DNA of 64,000 nt, from positions 1 through 64,000 of IMG/VR virus record IMGVR_UViG_3300006217_000013. The stretch is one strand, 5' to 3'. Below, in pieces: positions 11,184-22,322 of the stretch (positions are counted from its first letter, which is position 1; each line of letters opens with the position of its first letter). Below the pieces are notes generated by a model. The model ran no database searches. It was given only the letters and a program-made list of their open reading frames with translations, and was not told where the DNA came from. The stretch comes from a virus. Lineage: Duplodnaviria > Caudoviricetes. A program made the position numbers and the translations under genes.

Positions 11184-12017
11184 TTACGCTATCTGTAAAC
11201 TCTTTGGAGCCTGCTTATTATAATGGTCTTTTATAACATTTGCAATATGAGTATATCGGCACGAACTTCCACTTAATCCTGTAATAGTATCAGCTGTAAT
11301 ATAATAAGCAGCTTGTCCTTTTATTAATTTCGGCTCTACCTTTGATAATGCTTTAATTAATATTTTGTCATCAATATCTGTATTTTCAGTTAAAAATGTA
11401 TGTAGACCTGTAAGCATTGTAGTCAAAAGACTATCCTTTGTGCCGTGCCACGCTTTCCTGCATATGTTTAATGTTCTATCCAATAATTCTACGCCATTCG
11501 CTCTATAGAGTTTTAGCATTTTTGAAGGTGAACCAATCATATTTTCTTTAGATGTCTGATTATACCTGTTATATGTAAATCCATTAGTTCTCATAACTCT
11601 GACAACATCTGTGGCATCAGCGTCTCCCTCCCTTACCATTGAATGAAAAACGACACTTGCGTTCAAACTTCTTCTATTGGTATTTAACTTCCTGAATTTC
11701 TCACATTCCTGCTCGTAGGTCAACCCTTGCCACAATATACAAGGAACTTCTTTAACCGCATCTTTTATGGCACAAAATCTATGCCCCCCGTCAACTATAT
11801 GGTATTCCCCCTCTCTTTCACTTACAATCAATGATTGAAATAAGTCTGGATCAAAATTATCTCTAATTCTGTGTACCATCGAATGGTCAATTAACCTTTG
11901 ATAGCTCTCATCAATTTTTAAGACTTTTGTTGACAAAGTTACAGACTTTGGCATTATTACTCGATCCTTTTGCACACCATGTAAATTTCCTTGAGTTTTT
12001 TTCTTTAAAATTGCCAT
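11184..12017 (-). CDS. ParB/Srx-like domain protein (DUF6551-like)
   Basis: IDESYQR ... IVDGGHR. Confidence 0.7.
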   Translation of the reverse strand: MAILKKKTQGNLHGVQKDRVIMPKSVTLSTKVLKIDESYQRLIDHSMVHRIRDNFDPDLFQSLIVSEREGEYHIVDGGHRFCAIKDAVKEVPCILWQGLTYEQECEKFRKLNTNRRSLNASVVFHSMVREGDADATDVVRVMRTNGFTYNRYNQTSKENMIGSPSKMLKLYRANGVELLDRTLNICRKAWHGTKDSLLTTMLTGLHTFLTENTDIDDKILIKALSKVEPKLIKGQAAYYITADTITGLSGSSCRYTHIANVIKDHYNKQAPKSLQIA

Positions 12018-12038
12018 TGTTCATTTCTCCCTTTTATC

Positions 12039-13736
12039 TTAATTATTTTGTTCCATATATTTTTCAAAACTCTCTTGGAGTATTGCATACTTAGAAGTTA
12101 TCGTTGCGTTAGTTGTTTGGTCTACCTCTTCCTCTGTCCATTCTTCAAAGGTTTTATCTCCGATTTCTACAAAAGCACAGTCCTCTGCATTTGCGAAATC
12201 CTTTAACCAACCGCTAAACATTTCTTCCATAGACGGTGTATCAGAATATTTATTGCGCAATTTAATCACAATAGGCAGATTATATGTATCAATTAAGGTG
12301 TCATCTGCCAAAGGCATTGCAATAATTTCGTTATAAATTTTAGTACAGTTTTCTATTAGGACATGGTCGAAATTGTTGAGAAAAAATTCTTTATATTTTT
12401 TTACATTCTCATCTGCAAAATCATCTATATAGCCACATCTATTATCAAGTTCCATAAGGCAGCACAGAGCCTCATTCTCAGTCAAACCACAATCTTCAAC
12501 AAAATTTTGAAGTGCCTGTTCATTGGTTTCTGCATTCTGTTGACATTCCATGCTAGAACATTCCTGCTCAAGATACTCATCAAGCCATTTATTCATTTGA
12601 TTAAGCCTGTTTTCAATAATGTCTATCCTCTTCGTTCCTGTTTCGTATATACTAATATAGCTGTCATAAATATCATCACCGTTTTCATCAATATCGTCTG
12701 TTCTGATAATCTTTTCATATTTTTTTTCAGATACAAACTGCTGAATGAATTTGTCATAGCAATTTAACGGATAGCCCTTGTCTACGAAATATGCAAAGTT
12801 AGCCATTACAATAAAGAATTCTTTATTTACCATGTGCTTACGCAATTTTTCTGTATCCGATACTGCCTCATCAAATTTGTCATACAAGTCTTTTATCCTA
12901 TCAACATCTTCCCTAGATATAGATTTAGCCATATCAGAACAAAGTTCTTTATAGTCTGATTTCCAATAATCCACACCCAACGCAATCAAAGCAAGAGATT
13001 CGCCAACACTGCGTTCAACAAGTCCTTTTATCTCATTTGTAGCACTGAACCCACACTTTGCCATTATAATATCATGCTGAGCGAGCTTGGTTATCTCATC
13101 AGCCAACTTTACCCCCAAATAACTCTTGCCTATCTGCGCAGCATTCATAGGTGCGCCGCTATTATAATCAATAATTTCCAATTGAATATCCTCATCTGTG
13201 CAGTTATGTCTTACCTGTATAGGTATCATATATTTTTCAATTTGTTCTTGTAATTCAGGTGGCAAATCCGAGAATTTCAATCCTCTAATGTCTATCGTTT
13301 GTTCCGCTCTCTGAGTTTTGCCTTCCTTATCCAATATAGGAATTAATTTACCTTTATTCTTTTTAAGTGTAAATTTAAATGCACCCTCTTTAACCTCATA
13401 GAGAATGCCATCGTATGTAACTTCATAATCCAAAATTCCCTTTTTCGGAATTGCAAATTCATTCTGTACATAAGATTGTATTGTAGTTAAACGCTGTTTC
13501 CCGTCAATCAAATATCGTACTACACAACCATTTACACCTGCTTGAGTACAAACCTGCAATGGTAAAAATCTTCCATTTTGAAGTATTCTGCGAATAAAGT
13601 TACCCTTTTTGGACGAATTCCAGTTCTTCGCATGTCTTTGAAGAGGATGGTCTAACCGTAGAATCTCCCTGCTTATTTCATCTGATAACTCTCCAATACG
13701 CCGAGCTTCGTCTGTTGATAATGGTATTACTCTCAT
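12039..13736 (-). CDS. DUF262/GmrSD-N-like ParB-fold protein
   Basis: HPLQR..W, LIDGKQRLTT, YNSGAPM motifs. Confidence 0.72.
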   Translation of the reverse strand: MRVIPLSTDEARRIGELSDEISREILRLDHPLQRHAKNWNSSKKGNFIRRILQNGRFLPLQVCTQAGVNGCVVRYLIDGKQRLTTIQSYVQNEFAIPKKGILDYEVTYDGILYEVKEGAFKFTLKKNKGKLIPILDKEGKTQRAEQTIDIRGLKFSDLPPELQEQIEKYMIPIQVRHNCTDEDIQLEIIDYNSGAPMNAAQIGKSYLGVKLADEITKLAQHDIIMAKCGFSATNEIKGLVERSVGESLALIALGVDYWKSDYKELCSDMAKSISREDVDRIKDLYDKFDEAVSDTEKLRKHMVNKEFFIVMANFAYFVDKGYPLNCYDKFIQQFVSEKKYEKIIRTDDIDENGDDIYDSYISIYETGTKRIDIIENRLNQMNKWLDEYLEQECSSMECQQNAETNEQALQNFVEDCGLTENEALCCLMELDNRCGYIDDFADENVKKYKEFFLNNFDHVLIENCTKIYNEIIAMPLADDTLIDTYNLPIVIKLRNKYSDTPSMEEMFSGWLKDFANAEDCAFVEIGDKTFEEWTEEEVDQTTNATITSKYAILQESFEKYMEQNN

Positions 13737-14359
13737 TTTAACCTTCCTTTCAAATTAAACATTGATATTTTTTCTGGCATTTTCATATTACTCATAGCAA
13801 ACTGATACTGTTTTTTTGCTATTCCACCATCACTCGTTATGTCATCTTGTCCAAAACCTAATAAACGATATATTAGTATATCTTTTTGTATTCGTGACAA
13901 ATTGGATAAATAATTACGAACCTTTTTACAATCTGTGTTATCATTCTTACCTTCATCCGGAATAATCTCTCCCAATGTAGTATTATCACCTTGTTTTATA
14001 GGCGCATTTAAACTTTCATGATATACACTCGCTTTGGTCTTGTCACGCTCAGATATAGTGCGAATATATGAGTACATCCGTTTACTTACAAACATTCGAG
14101 CATAAGTGTAAATACTTGACTGCTGAGGGTTATATTTATGTATTTCTTGCGCCAACATGATATATGCAATATTTAGAAAATCACCATATTCAAGCCCAAC
14201 TTCTTCATATTTCTTCTTATGTTTGTACCATATAGGCTTTAAACTTTTTTCTTTGATTTTTTCCCAGTGGTTATCTAAATACTTTTTGTCTATAGTACAT
14301 GGATGATTATATTGCTTTGTCATATTTCTCTTGCTCCTTGATTTTGTTCTCACATTCAT
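13733..14359 (-). CDS. Phage sigma-70-like factor
   Basis: HKYNPQQSSIYTYA (region 2-like), ESLNAPI, C-terminal region-4-like segment. Confidence 0.6.
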   Translation of the reverse strand: MNVRTKSRSKRNMTKQYNHPCTIDKKYLDNHWEKIKEKSLKPIWYKHKKKYEEVGLEYGDFLNIAYIMLAQEIHKYNPQQSSIYTYARMFVSKRMYSYIRTISERDKTKASVYHESLNAPIKQGDNTTLGEIIPDEGKNDNTDCKKVRNYLSNLSRIQKDILIYRLLGFGQDDITSDGGIAKKQYQFAMSNMKMPEKISMFNLKGRLK

Positions 14360-14612
14360 TCCAAAAGTCTGTTGCTGTTTGAAGTATTTGTGACTTTCTT
14401 TTCTTGAATGTCATATGTTCTATCAATTTTCTAAATAATCTTTTAATCATCGTTGCTACCCCCCTATAGTATGTCAATTTGCTTTATTTTATCGAAATGT
14501 GTTATAATATTCCTGCCATGTGATACAAGATAGGTATTTTTGACTATCACTAGTAAGCACTTGACAGAAAGAATATGGTTGTCTTCGTACACCATATGGC
14601 AGAAGGCAAACT

Positions 14613-14810
14613 ATGTTTGACTTTTTGTGCGTCGCAATGCGACGCTTGAAGTCTCATCTTTTCACTGCTTATATTGTGGGCTGCATTGTTATTATTGCGG
14701 TTATAGTGTTGCTACTTGTCTTCTCTCATAAGCTTGTAGCTATGCTGTCACAATATAGTGATTTTTCAATTAACCTGTTTGACTTAATTGAAATTGAAGC
14801 GTCTCGATAG
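14613..14810 (+). CDS. Small single-TM protein (moron or type I toxin-like)
   Basis: 65 aa with long hydrophobic stretch; antisense to surrounding arm; terminator 14823-14853. Confidence 0.5.
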   Translation: MFDFLCVAMRRLKSHLFTAYIVGCIVIIAVIVLLLVFSHKLVAMLSQYSDFSINLFDLIEIEASR

Positions 14811-14822
14811 GCTTGACGGCTG

Positions 14823-14853
14823 AAGTATCGCTATACAAGAGCGATACTTTTTT
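14823..14853 (+). terminator. Rho-independent terminator
   Basis: AAGTATCGCT-loop-AGCGATACTT followed by T run. Confidence 0.75.
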
Positions 14854-15807
14854 ATTTGCCCTCTGGCATATGATGTACGACTTTTAGTTTATTTGTTGTA
14901 ATTTCAATATACCTGTGATATAATAACTTTGTCATTAAGGTTCACTTAATGATATTACATTCAATTTATCATCAATTCTCCAATATGTTCATCCGCCTAT
15001 CTTTATATAGAGAGGTCATTATTGACACATATTGTTGAAATGATGAGCCTCTCTTATAATTAAAAATATTATAAGGAGGTGTGCGTAATAGATTTTTTAC
15101 AATCTATTATGACCATCGACTTACTAAATTGGCTCTTCGTTGTAATTGAGTTGTTTAATAATATGTTTAAACTACTCTCTTGCTTAACTCCAATGCGGTT
15201 ACATAAAGAACCAATTCGTAAGTTTGATGCTGGTTACGCTAATGGTGATAAGCATTGGTATTTTCACTACGAGCGATGACCAGATTAAGAGGGCTGTTGT
15301 TCCGTCAACAGTTCTCTTTTTTGCTTGTAATAGAAAATGATTAGTCATTCATTTCTTTATTGACCGTGTTGAATATTCTAATCATTGTATCTACAATTTT
15401 GAATATTTCTGCATGGTCATTTTCTTTAATCATTTGCTTTGCTACATTAGAAAGATTAAAGAAATGCTCTTTTAATTCTATAATCATTTCATCCTTGTTC
15501 ATTTTGTTTCACCTCCTACTCTTGAATTTATTATTAATAAAACCCTTTGTTGTTCTTCTTTGCTCAATTGTTTAAAGAATTTCAGTAGTTCAATTAAGTT
15601 TTTCATAAACTTTCTCTCCAATCTTTGTTTGTATATTGTTCTGTTCTATTTGTATGTTATCATACATACAGAACATTGTCAATCCTATTTGTATTGTTTT
15701 ATATTTACATTTATGTTACAAATATTTCGATAATATTTCACCGCGGTGTTGACAAACAGAACGCAGTGTAGTATAATTAGCATACAATCATAACAAATAA
15801 AGAAAGG

Positions 15808-16173
15808 ATGATGATTATGAACAAACGAATTAAGGAACTTCGTCAAACACTTGGTATCAGTCAAGAAGATTTAGCCTTTGCAATGGGACTGAGTAAATCA
15901 GGCGTATCCGCTTTAGAAAGCGCCACTCGTAAAGTTAATGACAAACATATCCGTATGCTTAATATGACCTACAATGTCAATCCTGATTGGTTACGCACAG
16001 GCGAAGGCGATATGTTCAATCCTATCGACGATACTCCTTTATCGTCCATTAAAGAGCAATATAACCTCTCTGATAAAGCCACTACTGTTATTCAAAACTT
16101 TCTCAACTTAACCAAATCAGAGCAGGATTCTTTCATAGAACAAGCTGAAAAAATTTTCCGTTCTAACGACTAA
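15808..16173 (+). CDS. XRE-family HTH repressor
   Basis: RIKELRQTLGISQEDLAFAMGLSKSGVSALE, VNPDWLRTGEG; TTGACA-17-TATAAT upstream. Confidence 0.88.
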   Translation: MMIMNKRIKELRQTLGISQEDLAFAMGLSKSGVSALESATRKVNDKHIRMLNMTYNVNPDWLRTGEGDMFNPIDDTPLSSIKEQYNLSDKATTVIQNFLNLTKSEQDSFIEQAEKIFRSND

Positions 16174-16899
16174 CCCAGCGTTGGTCGTTTTTTATTGCCC
16201 TTTAACATAGCCTGTCCCTCCTTTAAACTATATCTTTTATAAAATTATTTTTAAATAACTGCTTCTTTGTCTCTAACCCTTCGGGAAGCATAGACCGCTT
16301 GGGTAGGTGCTTCATATCAGCGCCTAATTTGCAAATCCACATAATACAAGGAAGGACTGAAAGAATAAGTATCGCAAAGCACCACCAATGCGACAGAGAA
16401 ATAAACACTTCAAAACTTATAAGCGTCAATCCATTCCCGCATTATATAGGAAGTATTATTGCACCAAAACGATCATATCAAACAATTTTTGTTAAGGGGA
16501 ACATTGATACTCCTTTTAATAATTTTACCGTTACAATCAAATATGAAACTTTGGGTAAAATAATTACAACCTCTCATTTGATGAATTTTGATATTGTTAA
16601 AACAGATACTGCCACCAAACCTAAAGATGTAAAGTCTGAATTAGAAGTACTCAATAAAATTAACCAAAATATTCATTTACTTGCTCGAAAATAACCTTTG
16701 CTACTTCCATAACATCTGCCTTGTTATAATGAGGTTTTTCTTTTTCGCACCGCAATGTTATTTTCATATCAATAAAAACATCGGTACCCCTCGGCTCATG
16801 TCCAAAAAAATTTAGTTTCTTGCTTATCTGCCGAGAAATTCATAGTTATTTGATTATTATATGAATGTACAACAGGTAGCTGTATTTCTTCATCTTTGT

Positions 16900-17121
16900 T
16901 CATTCTGTTTCATCTCCTATTCTATGGGTTTTAACACATTGCGTGTTAAGTTGATTTAAAAAAATTTCTTCCAATATGTTGCATGTTTTTAATATCTTAT
17001 TTGATATCGAAATTTTCCCTTCAATAATATTGCACATTTCAGAATAAGATACACCAAATAGGTCTGCACATTGAGAATTTGTCAAACGCAACATATCTTT
17101 AATTCTTAATATCTTGTCCAC
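16900..17121 (-). CDS. Cro-like HTH protein
   Basis: LRLTNSQCADLFGVSYSEMCNIIEG; divergent from repressor at 17298. Confidence 0.65.
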   Translation of the reverse strand: MDKILRIKDMLRLTNSQCADLFGVSYSEMCNIIEGKISISNKILKTCNILEEIFLNQLNTQCVKTHRIGDETE

Positions 17122-17134
17122 TACCTTACCTCCT

Positions 17135-17276
17135 TAACACGTTTCGTGTCATTTGAACTATTTGTATATTAACACACAGCGTGTTAAATGTCAATACCTC
17201 CCCGCTTTACAATTGCGTTACTTTTGTTACAAAAATATTACGTAGAAATACTTGACAAGTTACACATGATGTGTTA
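17135..17276. promoter_or_regulatory. Divergent promoters with ACAC-N5-GTGT operator palindromes
   Basis: Copies at 17135-17151, 17169-17187 and 17261-17276 (between TTGACA 17252 and TATTAT 17275); a fourth at 16931-16949. Confidence 0.7.
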
Positions 17277-17297
17277 TTATGTGTACGAGGTGATTAT

Positions 17298-17762
17298 ATG
17301 TTTGCTCATAGATTATATGAATTAAGAAATCAATTAGGTTATTCTCGTCAAGAGTTGGCAAAATTATTAGGTGTATCTTTAAGTACAATTTCAAATTATG
17401 AAAACGATATCCGAAAACCCGACAACAATGATATGTGGCGAAAATTAGCATCTGTCTTTGACATTTCTGTAGATTATTTAATGGGAGAAGAAATATCTAA
17501 TCTGTCAGAAAAAGATATTGAATCATTAAAAAAGAAAGGACTATTACCCTCATCTTATAAAAATGATACCTCTCCCTCTCCCCACATCATAGCAGCAAAT
17601 ACAGGCTCTATCGATGGTAACCCCATTCCTGTATTAAGTAAACCAGAAAATATTATCCGTAATCCTAAAAAGGATATACTTATTAAACTTATTCAAGAAG
17701 GAGATATCCCAGATAGCACTCTTGACTTGATGACTGTAACACTCCAACAATATAAAAAATAA
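17298..17762 (+). CDS. XRE-family HTH repressor (CI-like)
   Basis: LRNQLGYSRQELAKLLGVSLSTISNYENDIRKP; ATG 17298 after GAGGTG. Confidence 0.88.
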   Translation: MFAHRLYELRNQLGYSRQELAKLLGVSLSTISNYENDIRKPDNNDMWRKLASVFDISVDYLMGEEISNLSEKDIESLKKKGLLPSSYKNDTSPSPHIIAANTGSIDGNPIPVLSKPENIIRNPKKDILIKLIQEGDIPDSTLDLMTVTLQQYKK

Positions 17763-17802
17763 CCTATCGTTTTGATAGGCTATTTTTTGATTATAAATTT
17801 GC

Positions 17803-17869
17803 AAAAAAATAGGAAGAATATCAGGTGTATTCTTCCTTGCAAAAAGTGTTTACACACTTTTATGATAAC
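17803..17869 (-). ncRNA. Putative abiF-associated antitoxin sRNA
   Basis: Minus-strand TTGACA(17904-17899)-17-TATAAT(17881-17876); AAAAGUGU-GUAA-ACACUUUU hairpin; 10-bp terminator with U run. Confidence 0.7.
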
Positions 17870-17887
17870 ATGCATATTATATCACAT

Positions 17888-18840
17888 TTATTCTACATTG
17901 TCAAGTATTTTTTTTATAAATTTATAAGCAGCTTGTATTGTTTGTTGATTTGAAAAATATTTACTATGGCGTTTCATTCTTCCCGTAAATAATTCTTTTA
18001 ACTCAGTAATCCTATGACTTCTTAAACCGTTCGGAACTAAATTTTTATAAATATATATTAAACATACTGTTTCATATACCACTCTTCTTGATAACTGAGT
18101 TTTCCGTGTATTTGTACCTATACCATTTATATTTGAAACAAATTTAGCAATTTCACAACAAGGTCGACAGTTTTTATCTCTTAATTTAGATAGCACACAA
18201 TTATTATGAGCACATGCATTCCGCAAACTCTTTACACTATTAATAATTTTTATATATTTATTATGAATTTTATATTGCTGGTGATAAAATTCATAAAATA
18301 TCAAAAATTCTCCAAAAGTTAAACATTCTAACAAATCCCATATTCTACATTTTTCATAACTGGATATAGAATTATTATCCTCGTCAAATTCAAAACAATA
18401 ATTAATTAAATCAGAACAATATGGAGAAAATCTTTTACCATATATATTATGCTTAATTCGTTCAGCTTGTGTGTTTTGAAAAAACAAATCCACTCCTTCA
18501 TATCCATTATCCCCTCTTTTCTCAGCTTTATTCAATAAATCAATCTTCAAATAGTGTTCAATATCTAAACACATTTTAATGATTAAGAAGCGAAAATGCA
18601 TATCAATAGCTGATAATTCTTTTAGGTATTGAAAATCTAAACCTCTATATTTCCCTATATTATCACCTACTGGATTTTTATCATATATTTGTCTATACGC
18701 CATTAGGCGAAAATAATTATTTTTTCGGTTAAAAATTGTTTTGCATCATCTTTACTACAATATTTAATAGTAATTCCTTTTTGTAACATCTTTTCTATTT
18801 GTTCATCAATGGTGAGCAACGGCTTTTCTACTGTACACAA
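17888..18840 (-). CDS. Abi_2 (AbiD/AbiF) HEPN abortive-infection RNase; frameshift in an A run at 18720-18725
   Basis: KPLLTIDEQIEKM..KGI N-terminus in shifted frame; NNYFRLMAYR; LRNACAHN (RxxxxH). Confidence 0.85.
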
Positions 18841-19001
18841 AATATTTCCATCTCCCTTCTATTTGTATATATTATACTACATAATTTTCCAAATTTCAAC
18901 ACAAAACATACAAATTTACGACATAATATGACGAAATTATACATCTAAAAAAATAGGATATAATATAGTATAATATTATCATAAAAAAGGAGTAATTTAA
19001 A

Positions 19002-19358
19002 ATGGAGGATATTTTCGTGGTAAACCATGTAAAAGAACTTTGCGAACAAAGAGGTTGGACATTGTACCGTCTTGCCAAAAATTCAAATATAGCATATTCA
19101 GCTCTTAATACAATGATTAAAAAGAATCATATTCCCACTATGAACAGTTTAATCAAAATCTGTCAAGGTTTTAATATTACAGTACCACAATTTTTCCAAG
19201 GGATGCAACCTTCCACAGATGAACAGTCTGAAATATTGAACTTATGGAATTGTTTAGATGAAATTTCTAAAGACAAAGCAAAAGCATATTTATATGGATT
19301 GGCTCGTCAAGTACCACCATTATTAAACTCTACATGGCAAAACAACGAGGAGTGTTAA
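19002..19358 (+). CDS. XRE-family HTH regulator
   Basis: KELCEQRGWTLYRLAKNSNIAYSALN. Confidence 0.85.
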   Translation: MEDIFVVNHVKELCEQRGWTLYRLAKNSNIAYSALNTMIKKNHIPTMNSLIKICQGFNITVPQFFQGMQPSTDEQSEILNLWNCLDEISKDKAKAYLYGLARQVPPLLNSTWQNNEEC

Positions 19359-19364
19359 CATATA

Positions 19365-20177
19365 ATGAATTATGACCAACTCTTAGCTATAGCAAATCAA
19401 AGAATTACCTATACTTCCGACAATATACCTCAAAACGCATTTGATATAGCGTTACAGCTAAATATAAGAACTAAAAATCATATAGAATGCAAATACGATT
19501 TCACAGAAGAATGTTATCCATTGAAAGACGCAGACGCCGTTCTCGCTATGAACAACGGAGAATACACCATTTATTATGATGAGAATAACCCATACAGCAA
19601 CTTCGCCATTGCTCATGAAATAGCACATTATTTACTTAATCACACAACAGACGGAACAGAACAGCACCATGACGCACAACTAATGGCAGCAATCATAATA
19701 ACGCCACCAGACAGAATATCTTTTAAAGGTATTAAATCTTCCGCTGAATTATCAGTAACATATAAAATCCCCACTGATGTTGCGGAAATATATTGGCATG
19801 AGATATATAAACACCAGATTAAACCCCTCTCTCTAAAGCCAAAAATTGCTCTTATTACAGGAGTTATTACATTAATTATAATATCGTTATTTGCATGTTT
19901 TGCAGGCAAATTGTCCGTCTTGCAAGGCGAATCTACTTCGCCTATAGAGGTAGAAGCAGAGTACAACCAATCTACAATTGTACATACGACGCCGCCAACT
20001 ATAATTCCAAAATTGTCTGATTCTGTGAGCCAAAATACAGTATATGTGACATCTTCTGGCAAAAAATACCACAAAGTCACTTGTAGACACATTAAACGGT
20101 CTAAAAATCTTATAGAATTTTCCTTTGAAGACGCTATAAATGCTGGTTACGAACCTTGCAAGGACTGCATTCAATAA
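19365..20177 (+). CDS. ImmA/IrrE metallopeptidase fused to TM helix and C-terminal Cys/His metal-binding domain
   Basis: FAIAHEIAH; hydrophobic IALITGVITLIIISLFACF; VYVTSSGKKYHKVTC...GYEPCKDC. Confidence 0.78.
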   Translation: MNYDQLLAIANQRITYTSDNIPQNAFDIALQLNIRTKNHIECKYDFTEECYPLKDADAVLAMNNGEYTIYYDENNPYSNFAIAHEIAHYLLNHTTDGTEQHHDAQLMAAIIITPPDRISFKGIKSSAELSVTYKIPTDVAEIYWHEIYKHQIKPLSLKPKIALITGVITLIIISLFACFAGKLSVLQGESTSPIEVEAEYNQSTIVHTTPPTIIPKLSDSVSQNTVYVTSSGKKYHKVTCRHIKRSKNLIEFSFEDAINAGYEPCKDCIQ

Positions 20178-21494
20178 GCTTCTACTAAAAAAAAGATACT
20201 GCCAAATCATTTTTCAGCAGTATCTTTTATCATTTCTTCAGCTTTCTCTAAACCATTCCGCACCCATTCGTCAAACTCTGATAAATTTTCCGTATCAACA
20301 ATTTGCGATGGATTTATTAGATTTTCCACCCAATCCCTTCTTTCATATTAAAATCTTCATTTTAAAGTGTATTATTCACAAACAACAGCCACTTTAAAAT
20401 TATTTGAATCGGCAATAATATCCGTTACTTTTTCGTTAAGGTTTTTGCCCATTATTTCATAAACCTCAGTCTCCAAGTCGATATCTTCTGAACCAACCAT
20501 GCAACACTCCCCACCATCAACCACCATGTCCGCATTTCCATCTGTGATTTTTTGCAACCACTCACTAAATTCATCCAATCCGAAAACAATAGCTTTAGTT
20601 TTAATCATTATATTTTCCTCCTCAAAATTTATTATTTATTGAAAATTTTAAATAAATCACGCATTTTATTGAACAATTATACTCTATGCATCTTTATGAA
20701 TTTCACATTGTAAAATACCTACTCGTTCCTCGTAATCGGCAATACATTCTTTCCATACCTCTATCTGCCTACCGTATTTCTCAATAACGATATTTATAAG
20801 ATCTTTCTTTGCGTCTTCAAGGTTGTCTGATACAAGACAGTCCTCGGTATATCCACCGCTAACGGGCATACAGTATAGATAATCTTTTAAGCCTTCATAA
20901 CGTCCCGGATGGCTTATATACGCTATTTCTATATCGTTTATAAACAATCCACTGCGTTTTCCCTCTGTTTTCCAATTAAATTTCATTTATTTTCCTCCTT
21001 TAGAATCTCAAAATATTCCTCAAATCTATGCTCTCTAATCGGCATAGGCTTATTATTATCAAAATAAAGTACCAACGCCGGGGCTATACCATTCCAATTA
21101 TCCACCAATTTGCAGTCAATTAAATGTCCTTCTGCAATTAATTTTTTAGCCTTAGCGTGATAATTAAAGTATGGCATAGCGATACCCTCCTTGTAGTTGG
21201 TTTATGTACTGCTTATTACACCGTCCCTACTAAAAATTTTTCATTATTTATGCTTAATCATTGTTTTTTACCTCCCTTAAAAGAATCGTTTTATCTTAAT
21301 CTACATACCAACGCCCACAAACCTCTTCAATTTCTTCTTCGGTTAAATCTTCATCTGAAATGTCATCACTTTCACAATTAGGACAGTTATATATGTTTGA
21401 CCCATCAAAACAGTATCCACAATGATTACATTTCATAACAATTTCTTCTAAAATCATACTAAAATTCCTTCCTTAATAAAACTCCTATTCTAAC

Positions 21495-22322
21495 CTACTT
21501 TGATATAATCATATCGTCATTGTTAAGCTCAAAATTTCCGTCAAATAACAGATTGGTATAAAATTTTTCCAAGAATGAAAAATCCACATCTATCCCCTTA
21601 CTATAATCTGCATAATTTGACCTTACCAAAGCATTTCGATAATACTTTGAATATTCCTTAAACATATCATTGTTTATACTAAAGCCAATACTATTCAAGT
21701 ACAATTCTATAAAAACGGCTGTTGTCCGTGTATTTCCTTCTCCAAAAGGATGTACTTGCCAGATTGATGAGGAAAACTCGCATATTCTTCTAACTATCTG
21801 CTCATTACTCATTTTAGAATATTGCTGTCGTTTCTCTGTTGCAAAGTCATATTCCAAAATGTCTTGCATTTCAAAATGATTAGCATATTTCACCGTATCA
21901 CCACATAATACATCTTCCTCTTTTGTTATATTGTACGGTCTGAATTGTCCTGCAAAGTCATATATTTCGTCAAAGAGGTATCTGTGGATAGATTTTAACA
22001 CTGATGGATTAAGAGATACTGTTCCCTCTGCTAATAGTTCTACAATTCTTGCAGAAACAATATCGCATTCCATCGTTTCTGCTCGTTCTTTATCGGGTAC
22101 AGTTTTATAATATGTTGTCAGCTTTTCCTTGACTTCCTGTGTAGTAATTTCTCCTTGAATATTCTGTTCTGATAATTCATACAAATATTTTGAGGGTTTC
22201 AAACCGTCAACATCTTGCAACCCAATAGCAGCATTCCAATATTCTCTCTGCTCTTCAGATTTGTGTTTATATTCCTTTAGTTTATATTCAGCCATAAATC
22301 CACCTCTAAATCCATTGTTCAA
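21495..22322 (-). CDS. Fic protein with N-terminal VbhA-like inhibitory helix
   Basis: HPFGEGNTRT; AIGLQDVDGLKPS. Confidence 0.9.
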   Translation of the reverse strand: MNNGFRGGFMAEYKLKEYKHKSEEQREYWNAAIGLQDVDGLKPSKYLYELSEQNIQGEITTQEVKEKLTTYYKTVPDKERAETMECDIVSARIVELLAEGTVSLNPSVLKSIHRYLFDEIYDFAGQFRPYNITKEEDVLCGDTVKYANHFEMQDILEYDFATEKRQQYSKMSNEQIVRRICEFSSSIWQVHPFGEGNTRTTAVFIELYLNSIGFSINNDMFKEYSKYYRNALVRSNYADYSKGIDVDFSFLEKFYTNLLFDGNFELNNDDMIISK

